A stretch of DNA of 64,000 nt, taken from assembly GCF_009914755.1 (NCBI RefSeq), contig NC_060934.1; one strand, written 5' to 3'. The translations under genes and the position numbers were made by a program. A model generated the notes under the pieces. The model saw only the letters and a program-made list of their open reading frames with translations, made no database searches and had not been told where the DNA came from. Positions 16,391-29,329 of this stretch are shown piece after piece (the first letter of the stretch is position 1; each line of letters starts with the position of its first letter). The DNA is from the human T2T-CHM13v2.0 reference genome, Homo sapiens.

Positions 16391-17249
16391 GTTTCTCAAT
16401 TATAGGGAGGTGTAAAGTCAATAAAAGTAGATTGCAGCCTGAACTAATGTCTCTGTAATCGCATTTTAATACGTCTTAACATTCCAGATTTCCAACCAGT
16501 TCTCAAGCACCTTTCAATTCAGCTCAGGCTCTCCGAGCTGCCTCCTTTGTCTCCTATTAGGTTTAGTATCAGCGGTTTAGCAGCAGTTTCTACTAAGAGT
16601 GAGAACAGGTGTCCTTTTGGCCTGACAGTCAATCCTGACAGCAGGAGAGTGTACTGCAAATTAGAGAATGCATCAGGAGTGGTTTCCAAACCCACTGAGT
16701 GGATAATAGAAAGCCAGTCTCCCCACTATCTCTAGAATCCCTTGTCCATATCAAAAGATGGTCTCTGTTCTTGACCCAAATGGAATACTTAAAGTCAATA
16801 ATGGCATATTTTACACAATACCATTTCTCTTCTTTTTCTCTGTTTAAAAAATTGTTAAATGGCCACAAGTCCAAAGAATTTAGTTACTATCTTAGTTACA
16901 GTAATATTTTAATTAACTATCGTGGTTAGGAAGTTGATATTTCTAGTTAACTGAAGATTAGTTAGTAAAACTGATTGGGACTGGAGCATCCTTGAATATG
17001 TTGGGATGTGCTATGGTGATCTAGTTCTTATCTAACTTCAGAAAAGTTAATGTTTCTTTCTAAATTAAAAACAAGGGATTGTTTCATCCCTCAACTATGT
17101 GTCTTTAGAAAACAATATAAATAATGATTTAAGGTAGGCCAATGCATCCTACTTACATATTATTCTTATTTTAAAAGAAGGCCATTATTTGAAGGGAAAA
17201 AAAGCATAACGTGAAAAAGCAGACTACTTCGAAACCACAATTATTCAGT

Positions 17250-17490
17250 TATTCATTAAATAGTTCCCTCATACAAAACAAACAAACAAACAACACTTAT
17301 TGAGCATTATTATGTACAAGGACCTGGGATCAGATGTGGATAAAAACATAAAGAAGGCAATTATCCAAGCTCTCAGATGGTTAATATAATGGGAGAGACA
17401 GATGAGCAACAGAGCCACAATATAATGAGATATTGCACAACATCTCACTGTAAAAGACATGTAAGCACTGTAGAAAGAATGCCATGAGAT
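17250..17490 (-). mobile_element. L2 3' end (further L2 pieces at ~18030-18350 and ~18640-18900)
   Basis: acttattgagcattattatgtacaagg...atccaagctctcagatggttaatataatgggagagacaga is the reverse L2 tail. Confidence 0.65.
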
Positions 17491-17524
17491 CAGAGAGTGG
17501 GGCTTGATTCATTCTGTCTGGGCA

Positions 17525-17960
17525 TGATGTCAGGGCTCTTAGTTACAAGCAACAGAAATGACTCTGACGAATTTAAATACAGAGGAAGAATTTTGTTTTT
17601 CTTAATGTTGCATGACCCACAGAAACACTTGGAGGTCTGGAGAACAAGGCTTGGGGTCTATGAAGCCAGGCACAAGGGCCAAATTGATGCCACAGAGCTG
17701 ATGGAGAAGGGGCACCAGTGTGGTTGCGACTTGAACCTAGGGCTAGCCTTGGGGCGATACTGTCTCAGAAGCTGACAACTGATGAAACTGCCAACAGGGC
17801 CAGCGAGGGTGACCATGAAGCATCACTGGATCCAAATTCAAAGTCCAGGATGAGAGCCTGTTCTTGGCACAGCCTGTGTCACGTGCCAACACCCTGGCTG
17901 ATGTGGAAACCAAAAAAGCAAGTGTCAGGTGTGTCCAATTTTATCATACAAGGTTGGTTT
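17525..17960 (-). mobile_element. Old MaLR LTR (MLT1L/M/N-like)
   Basis: gtcagggctcttagttacaagcaacagaaa start and caaattcaaagtccagg...gcctgtgtcacgtgcc motifs. Confidence 0.6.
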
Positions 17961-18357
17961 GTCCTCCCACTTCATTTTTAAAGCACTCTTGAGGTGAATA
18001 TTGAACAATAAATACGTGCTTACTAAATAGGCAAGCAATTACATGTTCTGAGAAGAAAGAGCCAAATGTGCCAAAGCATAATTTTCAAACTGCAAGTAGT
18101 TTAGTAGTGCTCGAGTATGTGGCCCATATGAGAGAGGCATGGAAGGTGAAATTTCAAAGGTAGATAGTACCAAGATCATGAAAGTTTGCGTATGATACTG
18201 TAAAGAGTATAAGCTTTATCCTTGGAGAAATGGGAAGAGATATTCTGGGATTTGAGTTTTATGAAATTCACTGTGTGCTGTGGGAGATGCTCTGTGAACC
18301 AAGTGTGGGTCAGTACTGAACTGAAGCAAGGAGGATTTGTCCAGAGGTGATTAAACT

Positions 18358-18394
18358 GGCTGGGTGCAGTGTCTCACACCTGTAACCCCAACAC
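18358..18394 (+). mobile_element. Isolated 37-nt Alu 5' head
   Basis: ggctgggtgcagtgtctcacacctgtaaccccaacac matches Alu positions 1-37; no body or tail follows. Confidence 0.8.
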
Positions 18395-18409
18395 CTAAGA
18401 ACTACCAGC

Positions 18410-18620
18410 TTACCAGGAAATTGTATACCCTGTGATTGTCATACATTACCTAACTCTTTATATAAACATTAGGGTTAGAGATTGTTCCCATTTTATAGTT
18501 GAAGAAACTGAGGTTTACAGATTTAAATAACTTATCAAGATCATATAGCTTGTAAGTTGTAGAGCAGAGACTCAAACCAAAGACAGTCTGACAAAAAGCT
18601 TTGGCTCCTGCCACCATGCA
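18410..18620 (-). mobile_element. MIR
   Basis: cccattttatagttgaagaaactgagg...aacttatcaagatcatatagct core. Confidence 0.8.
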
Positions 18621-18911
18621 ACGTTGCTTCTTTCTCAACAATCTGTCTAAGTGCCAGACATTCATTTAGAACTCTCCAGGAGGAATCACCATGGGCATAA
18701 TTTACATATCAGTATGTCTAAGATTGAATTCAACATCATCTTGCAAAACCTTCTAATGTATCTGCCTCTCTTATTCAGAGGCCATTATTCCTAGCAGTCT
18801 ATTGTACAAATCAGCAGTCTTGAGTGTTTTGGGAAGCCATTCATTTTCTTTCATCCCTGAGCAGCTGGAAACATCTGATCAGTTTCCATCTCTTGCTGAT
18901 TTCTCTTTTAT

Positions 18912-19184
18912 ATTTTATTATTATTATTTTTTTTTGAGACAGAGTTTCACTCTGTCACCCAGGCTGGAGTGCAGTGGCACAATCATAGCTCACTACAGCC
19001 TCAAAATCCTGGGCTCAGGTGATCATCGCACCTTAGCCTCCTGAGTAGCTGGGACTACAGACATGCACCACCACACTCAGCCAATTTTTGAATTTCTTTA
19101 GAAAGAGGGAGGTCTCACTGTGTTACCCAGGCTGGTCTCAAACTCCTGGTCTTAAGCAGTCCACCCACTTCAGCCTCCCAAAGC
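18912..19184 (-). mobile_element. AluJ, slightly 5'-truncated
   Basis: AluJ diagnostics: atcatagctcactacagcctc, cctgggctca, ggtctcactgtgttacccagg. Confidence 0.92.
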
Positions 19185-19367
19185 AAGATTTTTTGTTTCC
19201 TCAGATCTAAATTGTTGTTCCATAGGTTTAAAAGTGAAACAGAAATAGTAGCAGAAAGAAATCCTTGGGAAGGAGCTTAAAGTTTCTATGTCCTCTTGTG
19301 TTGAAGTTTTCATTTGTTCATTTTTAATTTTTTCTTCTTGCCTCTGGGAGACTTTGTTTCTTACCTC

Positions 19368-19506
19368 TAAGCAGGTAACTTAAAGGCAATGTCCGAATAG
19401 TCTATGTAAATTTCAGAGTAATTTCAAACTTCTTCTGTAAGCAGGTAACTCAAAGGCAACATCCAAATAGTCTACGTAAATTTCAGAGTAATATCAAAGT
19501 TATTCT
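19368..19506. repeat. Diverged 70-bp tandem duplication (2 copies)
   Basis: taagcaggtaact...ttct starts at 19368 and 19438; about 8 differences by eye. Confidence 0.95.
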
Positions 19507-20880
19507 TTGGTGGTCCATGGTGATCCATTTCAGTAATTTTTCCACTATCAGGTCTTGTCTTTCTCCTCTATTTTTTTGAGACTATGATGGAGAGCTAATT
19601 TGGGCACTCCTTTGCTGCTGAGAAATGATTCTACATCTCAACCCAGAGTCATCCAGATGGGTGAAATCCAAGTGCCACTAATCACAAGCGTTAACTTTTT
19701 AATTAAACTCTTTGTTAACAATGAGCAGAGTTATCATTAATACAGTGAGTAGCTTCCTGACATGTGCCACATTAAAAATAGGCAGCCATAGCTATTTAAA
19801 GCATAATATTGTCTCCTGTGGGAGCAGATGAATTTGTGATTTTTTTGAAATGACAAAATGATTTATCACCTCCCATAAGCACTGCCATCTACCTGGCAGG
19901 AATGATACATCCCCTAGCATCCTCCATCCAGTGGGAACAAACACATTTGATGGATAAGACTAAGCCACGATTAAGAAAAGGGAAAGAAAACAATTTTATC
20001 AAAAAAGTGGGGTTTTTTTTAGCATGTCTTATTAACAAGATGTGTAGCAGAACACGTTTAACCAAACACAGTCATCATTCAAGCCTGTATGTAAATGTCT
20101 GTTTAATTTTTTCAGTGTTTTGATGATTTATAGTGCAAGCATCAATGGAAACAAATATAAAGGCTGACTTCAGCTGGGACAAATGACCATTATCAATATC
20201 TCTACATAGATGAATCCAAAAGGAGAGTCATATTAAATAGTGAAGTTGCTTGTTCTGACTATATTTGAGAAAGGAAACCTTTGCTGGTAGTAAATGACTG
20301 TCTTTTCTTTGCTTTCGCTTACTCTCAATTGCTAACAAATAACTTTCAGTTGAATCTAAAATCCAATGTTCTTAAAGTAAAAAGAGCTTAGGAAACAAAG
20401 TTCCTGAAAGAAACTACCTTTGTTGTTGAGTACAGTAAAATACAAATGAGACAGAACGAAAATTGAAGCTGAAAATATCCAGGCACAGAAGGGAAATCAG
20501 GAAGTGGCTACCAAGAGAATTAGACACAAGAAAGGAATGTAAAAGATAGACACATCTGTGTGTGCTGGGGCTGGACGCTTACATATTTATGGACTGTTTC
20601 AGCTTCCTACCCCACCTGCTGCATAAAAATCTTATGAAGATGAGCTATTTGAGTTCAGTAGGGATTAAAGAAGTGCCACATTATTTCCTATTAATAATAA
20701 GTTTAAATAAATCAGAATTATATGAAACTAAATATGCATTTTAGAAACAAACACGATGCAATTTGTCAATACTTTGCCCTGTTCTATGGAATAAGAATCA
20801 TGAAGAATAGGAATCTGTAGACAGAATAAAGCTGCAAAGGTTATAGAAACTGCATTTGAGATCAAAAAGAAACATGCATA

Positions 20881-20917
20881 TGTTGTTTTTTGTTCTTGTT
20901 GTTGTTGTTGTTGTTGT
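20881..20917. repeat. (TTG)n microsatellite
   Basis: Directly visible. Confidence 0.9.
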
Positions 20918-21191
20918 TCTCCCACAGTCTTTTGGTCAAATTAATTTTGAAAATGAAATGCAAATTGGAGACTTTTTAAATTTCTGCAGTAAGACTTGAG
21001 AAAAAGGGTCTGTTTCTAGAAGTTTGTCCTTAGTATGCCTGAATGACAGGAAGAGACAAGTAATTTTATAAACCATTTCTGGCCCCAATTTCTCCATATG
21101 ATTTGGCCCTCCAGATCTTACTTTCTTCAATGTAATTATTGTTGATTTGAAGATATTCTTGACATCAAAGAGCCTAGAGATCCCAGGAAGT

Positions 21192-21246
21192 TATATACAT
21201 GTGTATGTGTACATATATATGTGTGTGTGTACATATATATGTGTGA

Positions 21247-21292
<46 letters not shown>
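21192..21292. repeat. Compound (TG/TA)n microsatellite ending in a perfect ~(TA)21
   Basis: Directly visible. Confidence 0.95.
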
Positions 21293-21294
<2 letters not shown>

Positions 21295-21540
21295 AGATAA
21301 TTTTATTCACAATTCTAATTATACATGAAATATAACATAATTGCTTTGTGAGATATATCTAGACATACGACATACTCATTGTCGAAAAAAAATACCACTA
21401 GGATAAAGATTTTCTTTTAGAGTAGGTAGTGATTGAAATAGAAAGACTCATTATTACCACATCTCTGATTTACCTTCTGCCAATTTCTACATATTTCTAT
21501 TCTGCTAAAGGGCCACACACTTACCTTCATTGATTTCAGG

Positions 21541-21822
21541 CAGTAGAGTGTATGGAATTTGGGGACAGAGTGTCTGAGTAAGTATCTGGGTCTGATGCCA
21601 TCTAGCTGATTAAGTGTATAGAATTTGAGGACAGAGTGTCTCAGTTGGTACCTGGCTCTGATGCTGTCTAGCTGCAGGAGCTTGGACATGTTAATCACAT
21701 TCTCTTCAATATTCTCATATATAAATTGTAGATAGTAATGGAACCCATCTCAGAGTTTAAGTGTAAGGATTAAATGAGTGAATATTGGTAAAACAATGCC
21801 AGTATATAGTAAGTGCTCAATT
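21541..21822 (+). mobile_element. MIR with a tandemly duplicated 5' region (period 66 bp)
   Basis: MIR 3' core (aaggattaaatgag...tagtaagtgctcaat); duplicated unit at 21547-21608 and 21613-21674. Confidence 0.75.
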
Positions 21823-23264
21823 CTTGAAATGATTTATAATTATTTCAGTGGATTTGCACTAAGGAAAACTCTACCATTTTTCAGAACTTATCAAAAAGCA
21901 GAGTATCTGATATCTTAACCCAAATAGAAGAGTCCTAATACTACTTGAGGTGTTTAGAGACTCCAAGCCATTCTTGGATTTATTTATGCTAACCACTTAT
22001 AAACTCATATTTGAAAAATATCTATGAAAGTTCAATTATTTTAGAGTGCTTTATTTGCTGTTATTTACAATAGCCTATATATTCCTCTTATAATTAGTGT
22101 TTTGTGAGAACAATAATCAGATACATTCACCTAAACTTTCCAATTTACTAATTCTATAAATAAGTGTTTTTCTTTATTAAATATGATTTAGAATAATAAT
22201 AAGGGCCAATTACTTCTTGCTGAAGGGCCACCATTCATTCTCAGTATTCCTTTTGCTACTGTGGCCCAAGCAACCCTGGCAGTATTTCACACAGCAAACA
22301 TTTTTTTTTTCTGTCTGACTCAAATTAACCTTTGCCCTGTATATTTATCTGCAGCCTCCATGTAATCTTGCAAAAACTTTCCCAATAGATACAAATTTGG
22401 CATTCTGGGAACATTTCTCAGCTGTATACCTGCTTTATGAGTGGTATGATGATTTTAGAGCAGACAACCATTTATTCATTAGGGTGTCTATCAGCTTGTC
22501 CAGTAGTGACCTTGACCTTGTCTTCTTGAAGCATTTTATTTTGGGACTCTTTTCATTATGACACACACAGTGTCATTTGCTGTAATACCTTTATTCACTC
22601 TGCTTACAAGCACTTGCAGTTTTGTTGTGAGCTATCTATCGATCTGGTTTGTTTTTATTTTTAATTTAGAGGATCTAAGAGCATAGTTGCTACTAAATCA
22701 ATGTATTGCACCAATGTAGATACGGATCGAATAATATTTTGCCAAAATGGTAAGTGATGGTTTTGTATCCTTCCCTCCATCCACCAAATTTTTCAAATCT
22801 ATAGATCACAGCTGCTATCCTCATTCTCTCACAGTCTTTTCATTCCTTTACCCTTGATACTGTGGTGCACTGGCAAAGGTGTTCCGACCCTTCGCCCACT
22901 CCCTAATTAGCTAATTCAGTCTTTTCTCTCTCTGACCTATCTTCAGCTTTTGCTTTGTGGACTAATCTGGCCTTTACACTAATTGAATTTTTATTCTTTG
23001 TTGAATAAGCTCCCCTTTCCCACATCCTAACTGTGTACATTCTTCCATACTCAATCTTCAGGTCTTTGCTTTCTGTTTCTTAAAAACTCAGAGCTCAGAG
23101 TGGCTTTCCAGAAGAACCCAGGAAGAACACACTCCAGCCCAGGGGTCCACATCAGGGGCATCTGTATCTGGGGTCAGGAAACCCAGTCAAGAAGGAGCCC
23201 TCCCTACATACTGAGAAATAACTACAAAGACAGTAAATTACAGAATTGAGATTTTTTTTCTTAA

Positions 23265-23480
23265 CGTTTTTTTTTAGTTTTAATTTTTGTTGTTAAATAT
23301 TAGGCATATATATAATGGGACACATGAAATATTTTGGTAAAGCATTTATGAATAATAATCACATCATGGAGAATTGGGTATCCATCACCTCAAGCATTTA
23401 TGTTTTGAGATAAACAACCAATTATACTCTGTTAGCTATTTTAAATTAAACAGTTAATTATTATTGACTATAGCCTCACA
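23265..23480 (-). mobile_element. L1MA-type 3' end
   Basis: aataatcacatcatggagaattgggtatccatcacctcaagcatttat is characteristic of L1MA2-5 3'UTRs. Confidence 0.85.
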
Positions 23481-23586
23481 GGGTTTTTTTGTTATTTCAA
23501 AAATAAAGGAATGAAGAAAGAAGAATCAAACAATATAGATTATATACACATGCATTTAATAATTAGTTAAATACACGACTAATTTT

Positions 23587-23916
<330 letters not shown>

Positions 23917-24182
23917 TCATAAAACATTAAGAATCTCCATTATACATTCATTAAGTCTACACATCTTGCTTTCTGCTATTTTTGCTTTTGAGACCTCTTT
24001 AAACGTTGATATCTTCGTCTGTAAAATGTGGTAACAATGTTTGCCTTGGGTGATTCATAGGGCTATTCTGAGATCTGAAAAAAATAATGCATATAGAAGT
24101 TATTTGAAGCTTCTGTTCTGTAGATATCAAGCATCAAAGATATTTTAGCTTTTGAAAGAGAGCAGGAGAGCTAAACAGTTTA

Positions 24183-24206
24183 TCCCTGGTAGTCTAGTGG
24201 TTAGGA
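24183..24206 (+). pseudogene. Retroposed 5' fragment (nt 1-24) of tRNA-Glu(CTC-type)
   Basis: TCCCTGGTAGTCTAGTGGTTAGGA is 23/24 identical to the mature 5' end of tRNA-Glu (TCCCTGGTGGTCTAGTGGTTAGGA) and starts exactly at nt 1. It is followed by AAA and a CA-rich tract to ~24247. Confidence 0.85.
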
Positions 24207-24957
24207 AAACACACCACACACACACACATACACACAAACACACACCCCAGTTTGGAATATTAGAGAGATCTTTATATTAAGTAAGGGTCAAGAGTTATTG
24301 GCCTAATAACTGCTCTGTCAAAAGCTGGGCTATTTCTCTCCAGTTAATTCACTTCTCTGATCTCCAACTTTCTTATGTGTAAATCAAAACAGAGGCAGGG
24401 ACTTGAACAAGAAGAACAATTAAGGTCCCTGCCAACTTGAATTTCTATTACTCTCTCCTATTTACCTACCATGGTAGTTGGTATGACCTCCAATTTCATA
24501 CTATTTCTTTTCCACTGTACCATTGGCCACAGTTGAAAACCACGCTCGGTCTCTCTTGATGGTTTACCTCAGACAATAGTCATTGCTGCTTGAATTTTCC
24601 TAGAAGAATGCCATTAAAAACAATCTTGATTTTTTTTAAGAAAGAAATGAAAAATCAATTGAGCCAGACGTTTACTTTGGAAAACAAATGGTTTGTTATC
24701 TGTAAGTGTTTTAATTGGCAAGGCAGAAAGCTGCCTGTTTACCAAACGGACCAAAAAAATGACTAGTCTGTGTATTTTCCTACTTTTTGCTCTTTAGCCA
24801 TCAGGGTTATTTTAGGACAGAGAGCTCTTCCTATTTCAGTCTTCTGCTAGTTATCAGAACAACTTTTGTCAATATGTCAGTTGCTTTAGCCTTTATACTT
24901 CTAATAATTAGCACTATACACTGCATATATTAGGAGCTTAATAAAATGATCGTTTAT

Positions 24958-25120
24958 GGTAATAATAGCAAATATTCATAGAGTGTGTAATATGTACAGT
25001 TCTAGGCACTTTCATGTGTTTAATGAGGTAAGACTTACAATAGTCCTGGGAGATGGGTACTATTATGTTTGTGTATTTCACAAATAAGCAAACAGAAACA
25101 CAAAGGGATTAAATCATTGT
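24958..25120 (-). mobile_element. MIR
   Basis: taataatagcaaatattcatagagtg...gggagatgggtactattat...aaacagaaacacaaagggattaaat. Confidence 0.7.
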
Positions 25121-26668
25121 CTTTATCTTCTTACTTACATGATGAGATTCTTAAGTTACTCCTCATCAATCAACTATTTTTTGAAATACCTATTTCTATA
25201 TTCATTACCACTGATATATAGATAACCTTAAATTTTATTTTAAATTTTAATATGGGATTCCATATATTTTTCCTGTTCATATCAATTTCATTCTCTTCAC
25301 CAGTTGTCTGCCTCATAAAAGCCATTTCTGCTTAGAATAACGCATTGTCTGGATCTTCAGGATAATGTTCCTTTCAACTTTTCAACTTTTTCTAACATAA
25401 TTGTAAGATTACATATAGATTGCATATTTAATTTTCTCATTTTTTTATATAAAGTCAATAAATAAAATATATAAGGTACTCATGCCCCTGTTGCATTTCT
25501 TCCTGGGTAATTTGAAGCCCCGTCTCAAATCCAATGATGAGTGTTCCATTTTCAGCTCCACACTCTACTGAGGTAGAAAATTTCCTATCCATGCTATTTT
25601 GTCCCCTGATTTGCTGAACTGGTAAATAACAGGTATTGAATTTTCTAAGATACAGAGCACAGCCTGAGCTATTAGGAGAATTTCTCCCTAACTGCATCCC
25701 CCTTTACAGTGCCTTTAGCTGTAAGAACTAAATCAGACAGTCGTCATATGCCCCAGTCAGTACCTTTGGGCCGTGTTTCTCTCTGGGGGTTTATTCCACT
25801 GAAAGGACATAGAGAGAAAAGTACACCCTTGTAGTAACAAAATGACTTTTTTGTTCTCTGCTAGGCACTGACTCTGAACTTGTGACTAAAGTCTGGTTAT
25901 ACAGACAATATGTCAGAGCTCGGGTATGTTTGTCTTAATCTGCCAGATTTATGATTTGGAGAAATTTCTCCCAGACAATATTGATTTTAAGTTTTCTTCT
26001 TTTTCTCTGTGACATTCTGGGTTATACAGCCACATCAGCACAATTTAATTGAAAATGTGTAAATTTTATGACCAAAAACCAAACCTATTCAAACCTGTAG
26101 ACAAAGCAGTGACCAAGGTAGATGGTACTACTGCCTTCCTGGACCTTAGAGGGTGAGAGGAGAAATACACATTTAATGAGTCACTCTGTATGCATGATGA
26201 GTTTAATGGGAGTAGAAGAACAGCATCCTAGGCATGTTTACAGTCATCAGGCACCATGTTAAAATGCCCAGAGTACCTTATGCACTACCTTCACCTTTCT
26301 CCATGTGAAAAGTAGTTTTGTTTTATTTTGACTTGACTTGCTTTTGAGAGTAAAGAGCGATTGTCATCACTTGAAAGCATGGAATATTTTCTCCCATAAG
26401 TATCCAATCTAATAAAATAGCATGTGTCAAAATACCAGTGGCGTTAATTCTAGCAGGCTTTTCCACTTCCTTACATTTTCATAAAAGAGAAACCTAGTTA
26501 GCCATAGTTCTCATCGTTCCTCAAATAACTATTTTACAATTGGATTTCCTTGTTTAATTATGTTTTCCCTAAGTTCAGCCTGTTATTTTTGCATGCAGAA
26601 AGAGGTAGTAGATACTTCAGTTACTTCAACATCATTCTTCCTAACACACTTAAGAATTTTTGTTTTGT

Positions 26669-27515
26669 AACAACCCCATCAAAAAGTGGGCGAAGGATAT
26701 GAACAGACACTTCTTGAAAGAAGACATTTATGCAGCCAACAGACACATGAAAAAATGCTCATCATCAGTGGCCATCAGAGAAATGCAAATCAAAACCACA
26801 ATGAGGTACCATCTCACACCAGTTAGAATGGCAATCATTAAAAAGTCAGGAAACAACAGGTGCTGGAGAGGATGTGGAGAAATAGGAACGCTTTTACACT
26901 GTTGGTGGGACTGTAAACTAGTTCAACCATTGTGGAAGTCAGTGTGGCGATTCCTCAGGGATCTAGAACTAGAAATACCATTTGTTCCAGCCATCCCATT
27001 ACTGGGTATATACCCAAAGGATTATAAATCATACTGCTATAAAGACACATGCACACGTATGTTTATTGCAGCACTATTCACAATAGCAAAGACTTGGAAC
27101 CAACCCAAATGTCCAACAATGATAGACTGGATTAAGAAAATGTGGCACATATACACCGTGGAATACTATGCAGCCATAAAAAAGGATGAGTTCATGTCCT
27201 TTGTAGGGACATGGATGAAGCTGGAAACCATCATTCTCAGAAAACTGTCACAAGGACAAAAAACCAAACGCTGCATGTTCTCACTCATAGGTGGGAACTG
27301 AGCAATGAGAACACATGGACACAGGAAGGGAAGCATCACACACTGGGGCCTGTTGAGGGATAGGGGCGGGGGGAAGGATAGCATTAGGAGATACACCTAA
27401 TGTTAAATGACGAGTTAATGGGTGCAGCACACCAACATGACACCTGTATACATATGTAACAAACCTGCACGTTGTGCACATGTACCCTAAAACTTAAAGT
27501 ATAATTTTTAAAAAA
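26669..27515 (+). mobile_element. 5'-truncated L1PA4-like 3' end
   Basis: ORF 26660-27301 is the ORF2 C-terminus with the CWRGC...HCWWDC zinc knuckle. TSD AAGAATTTTTGTTT at 26652-26665 and 27516-27529. Confidence 0.96.
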
Positions 27516-28736
27516 AAGAATTTTTGTTTGGTAAAAAGGAAAACAAGTGACAGATGAAAATTAACAAGAATATAATTACAGAGAACAAACCAAGGAAAAC
27601 AGCCTTAACTGCTATTGTCAGAAACGATACATCTATTAAACACCATGGCTAACACCTAGATGAACAAAATAAGTACTTCAGGTTCAAAAACTGAGATTCT
27701 AAATTCATTTTCCAATATATAAATGGATTCAATATGACACATACTCCTTCATTTTTATTTTTTAAATATCCAAACAAGTAGCATCTGTTAATGTAATCAC
27801 AGAGTATTTTAATATGAAAGAGTATAATTATTATGTACTATTCTAAGTCCTAGGAAGAAAAAAAATAATTGAATAAGACTTTTTTCATATATTCTTGCTA
27901 TTTACTAGGTACTGTTCAATACTAACACTATTTCGTATTTATAATTGAATACACATAAATTAACTTGTTATTTGAACAAAATGCATACAGCAAAATCAAA
28001 GCTTGAATGGAAGTTAAAGGACCTTTAAGATGAAAGTCTCCACTGAGGCTCTCCTTCACCTGATCTTTAAGGGAGATTAGGAAGCACAGTAATTTCATTA
28101 CAGAACAGCAGGTTGCAGAAGCAAAAAGCAGAAAGATAACTCATTCTTTTATTCACCATTTGTTATTTAACAAAATTAAATACTATTTTCGAGTTTAATA
28201 TACCGTCATTCTTTTTGAGGAATCCAAAGGACTCTCCCACTCTTAAAACGTTATGTATTTGTAGCATTTCTAAGATGTAAAGAATATAAAGCAGTGTGTG
28301 CAGACCAAGGTATTAAGAGTTTTAGTGATTTACTCAAGGTCATCCAATTATTCAAGGAAAGAGAAAAGTCAGGTTTTTAAATTTTCAACTGCTCATGTTT
28401 TTGCACCATTTTGTGCATTTCTGTATATAACTTTGGAAAACATGATCCTGATTATGATTCATCAGGGTGACTTGGCCTATCACCCATGCCAATTCCATAA
28501 CAAAAGCAGTAAGAGCAAGAAAAATGAATCAAAAATCTGAAAACTCAGAGATCACCCAGGTAAGTGGGATGTGGAGGCCAAGAATTTGTTCTAGAAAAAG
28601 CCAAGGTAAAAAGCTTCAAGAGAAGAGTCCATTTTTCATTAATCATAGAATGTTGACCCTCAGAAAAGGAGTATACCATATCCATGGATGGCTTGAGTGG
28701 CCCTGTAGTGGGATTTTTTGTAATTGCTAGATTTCT

Positions 28737-29317
28737 ATATTTTATTTTATTTATTTTTATAGATTTAGGGAGTACAAGTGCAGTTTTGTTTCATGGATAT
28801 ACTGCATAATGGCAAAGTCTAGGCTTTTAGTTTAACCGTCACCCATATAATGGACATTGCACCCAATTGGTAATTTTCCATCCCTCACCCCTCTTCCACC
28901 CTTTCATATTTTTGAGTCTCCAGTGCCTATTATTCCAGTCTCTATGCCCATGTGTACAAATTATTTAGCTCCCACTTATAAGTGAGATCATGTGGTATTT
29001 GACTTTCTTTTTCTCAGTCATTTCACTTAGTATAATGGCCTCCAGGTTCATCCATGTTGCTGCAAAAGACATGATTTCATTTTTTCTTATGGATGAGTAG
29101 TATTCCATGGTATATATGTGTGACATTTTCCTTATCCAGTCCTCCACTGAAAGACACTTAAGTTGATTCCATGACTCTGCTATTGTGAATAGTGCTGCAG
29201 TGAACATACAAATGCAGGTGTCTTTTTTTAATGTAATGGCTTCTTTTCCTTTGGGTAGATAGCCAGTAGAGGGAGTGCAGAATCAATTAGTGGTTCTAGT
29301 TTTAGTTCTTTGAGAAA
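28737..29317 (-). mobile_element. L1PB-type (L1PB4-like) 3' end
   Basis: Minus-strand ORF2 end (MFTAALFTIAESWNQ...SLISGS) and L1PB 3'UTR (gtacaagtgcagttttgtttcatggatat). Confidence 0.88.
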
Positions 29318-29329
29318 TTGGAGCATGAT

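Noticed and set aside
26660-27301. 213-aa ORF with a Cys/His cluster
   Set aside because: L1 ORF2 C-terminal zinc knuckle inside a TSD-flanked truncated L1PA.
28466-28565. Perfect donor CAG|GTAAGT at 28560 with a possible 94-nt exon upstream
   Set aside because: The upstream acceptor has a poor pyrimidine tract, no recognisable peptide is encoded, and one perfect 9-mer is near chance expectation.
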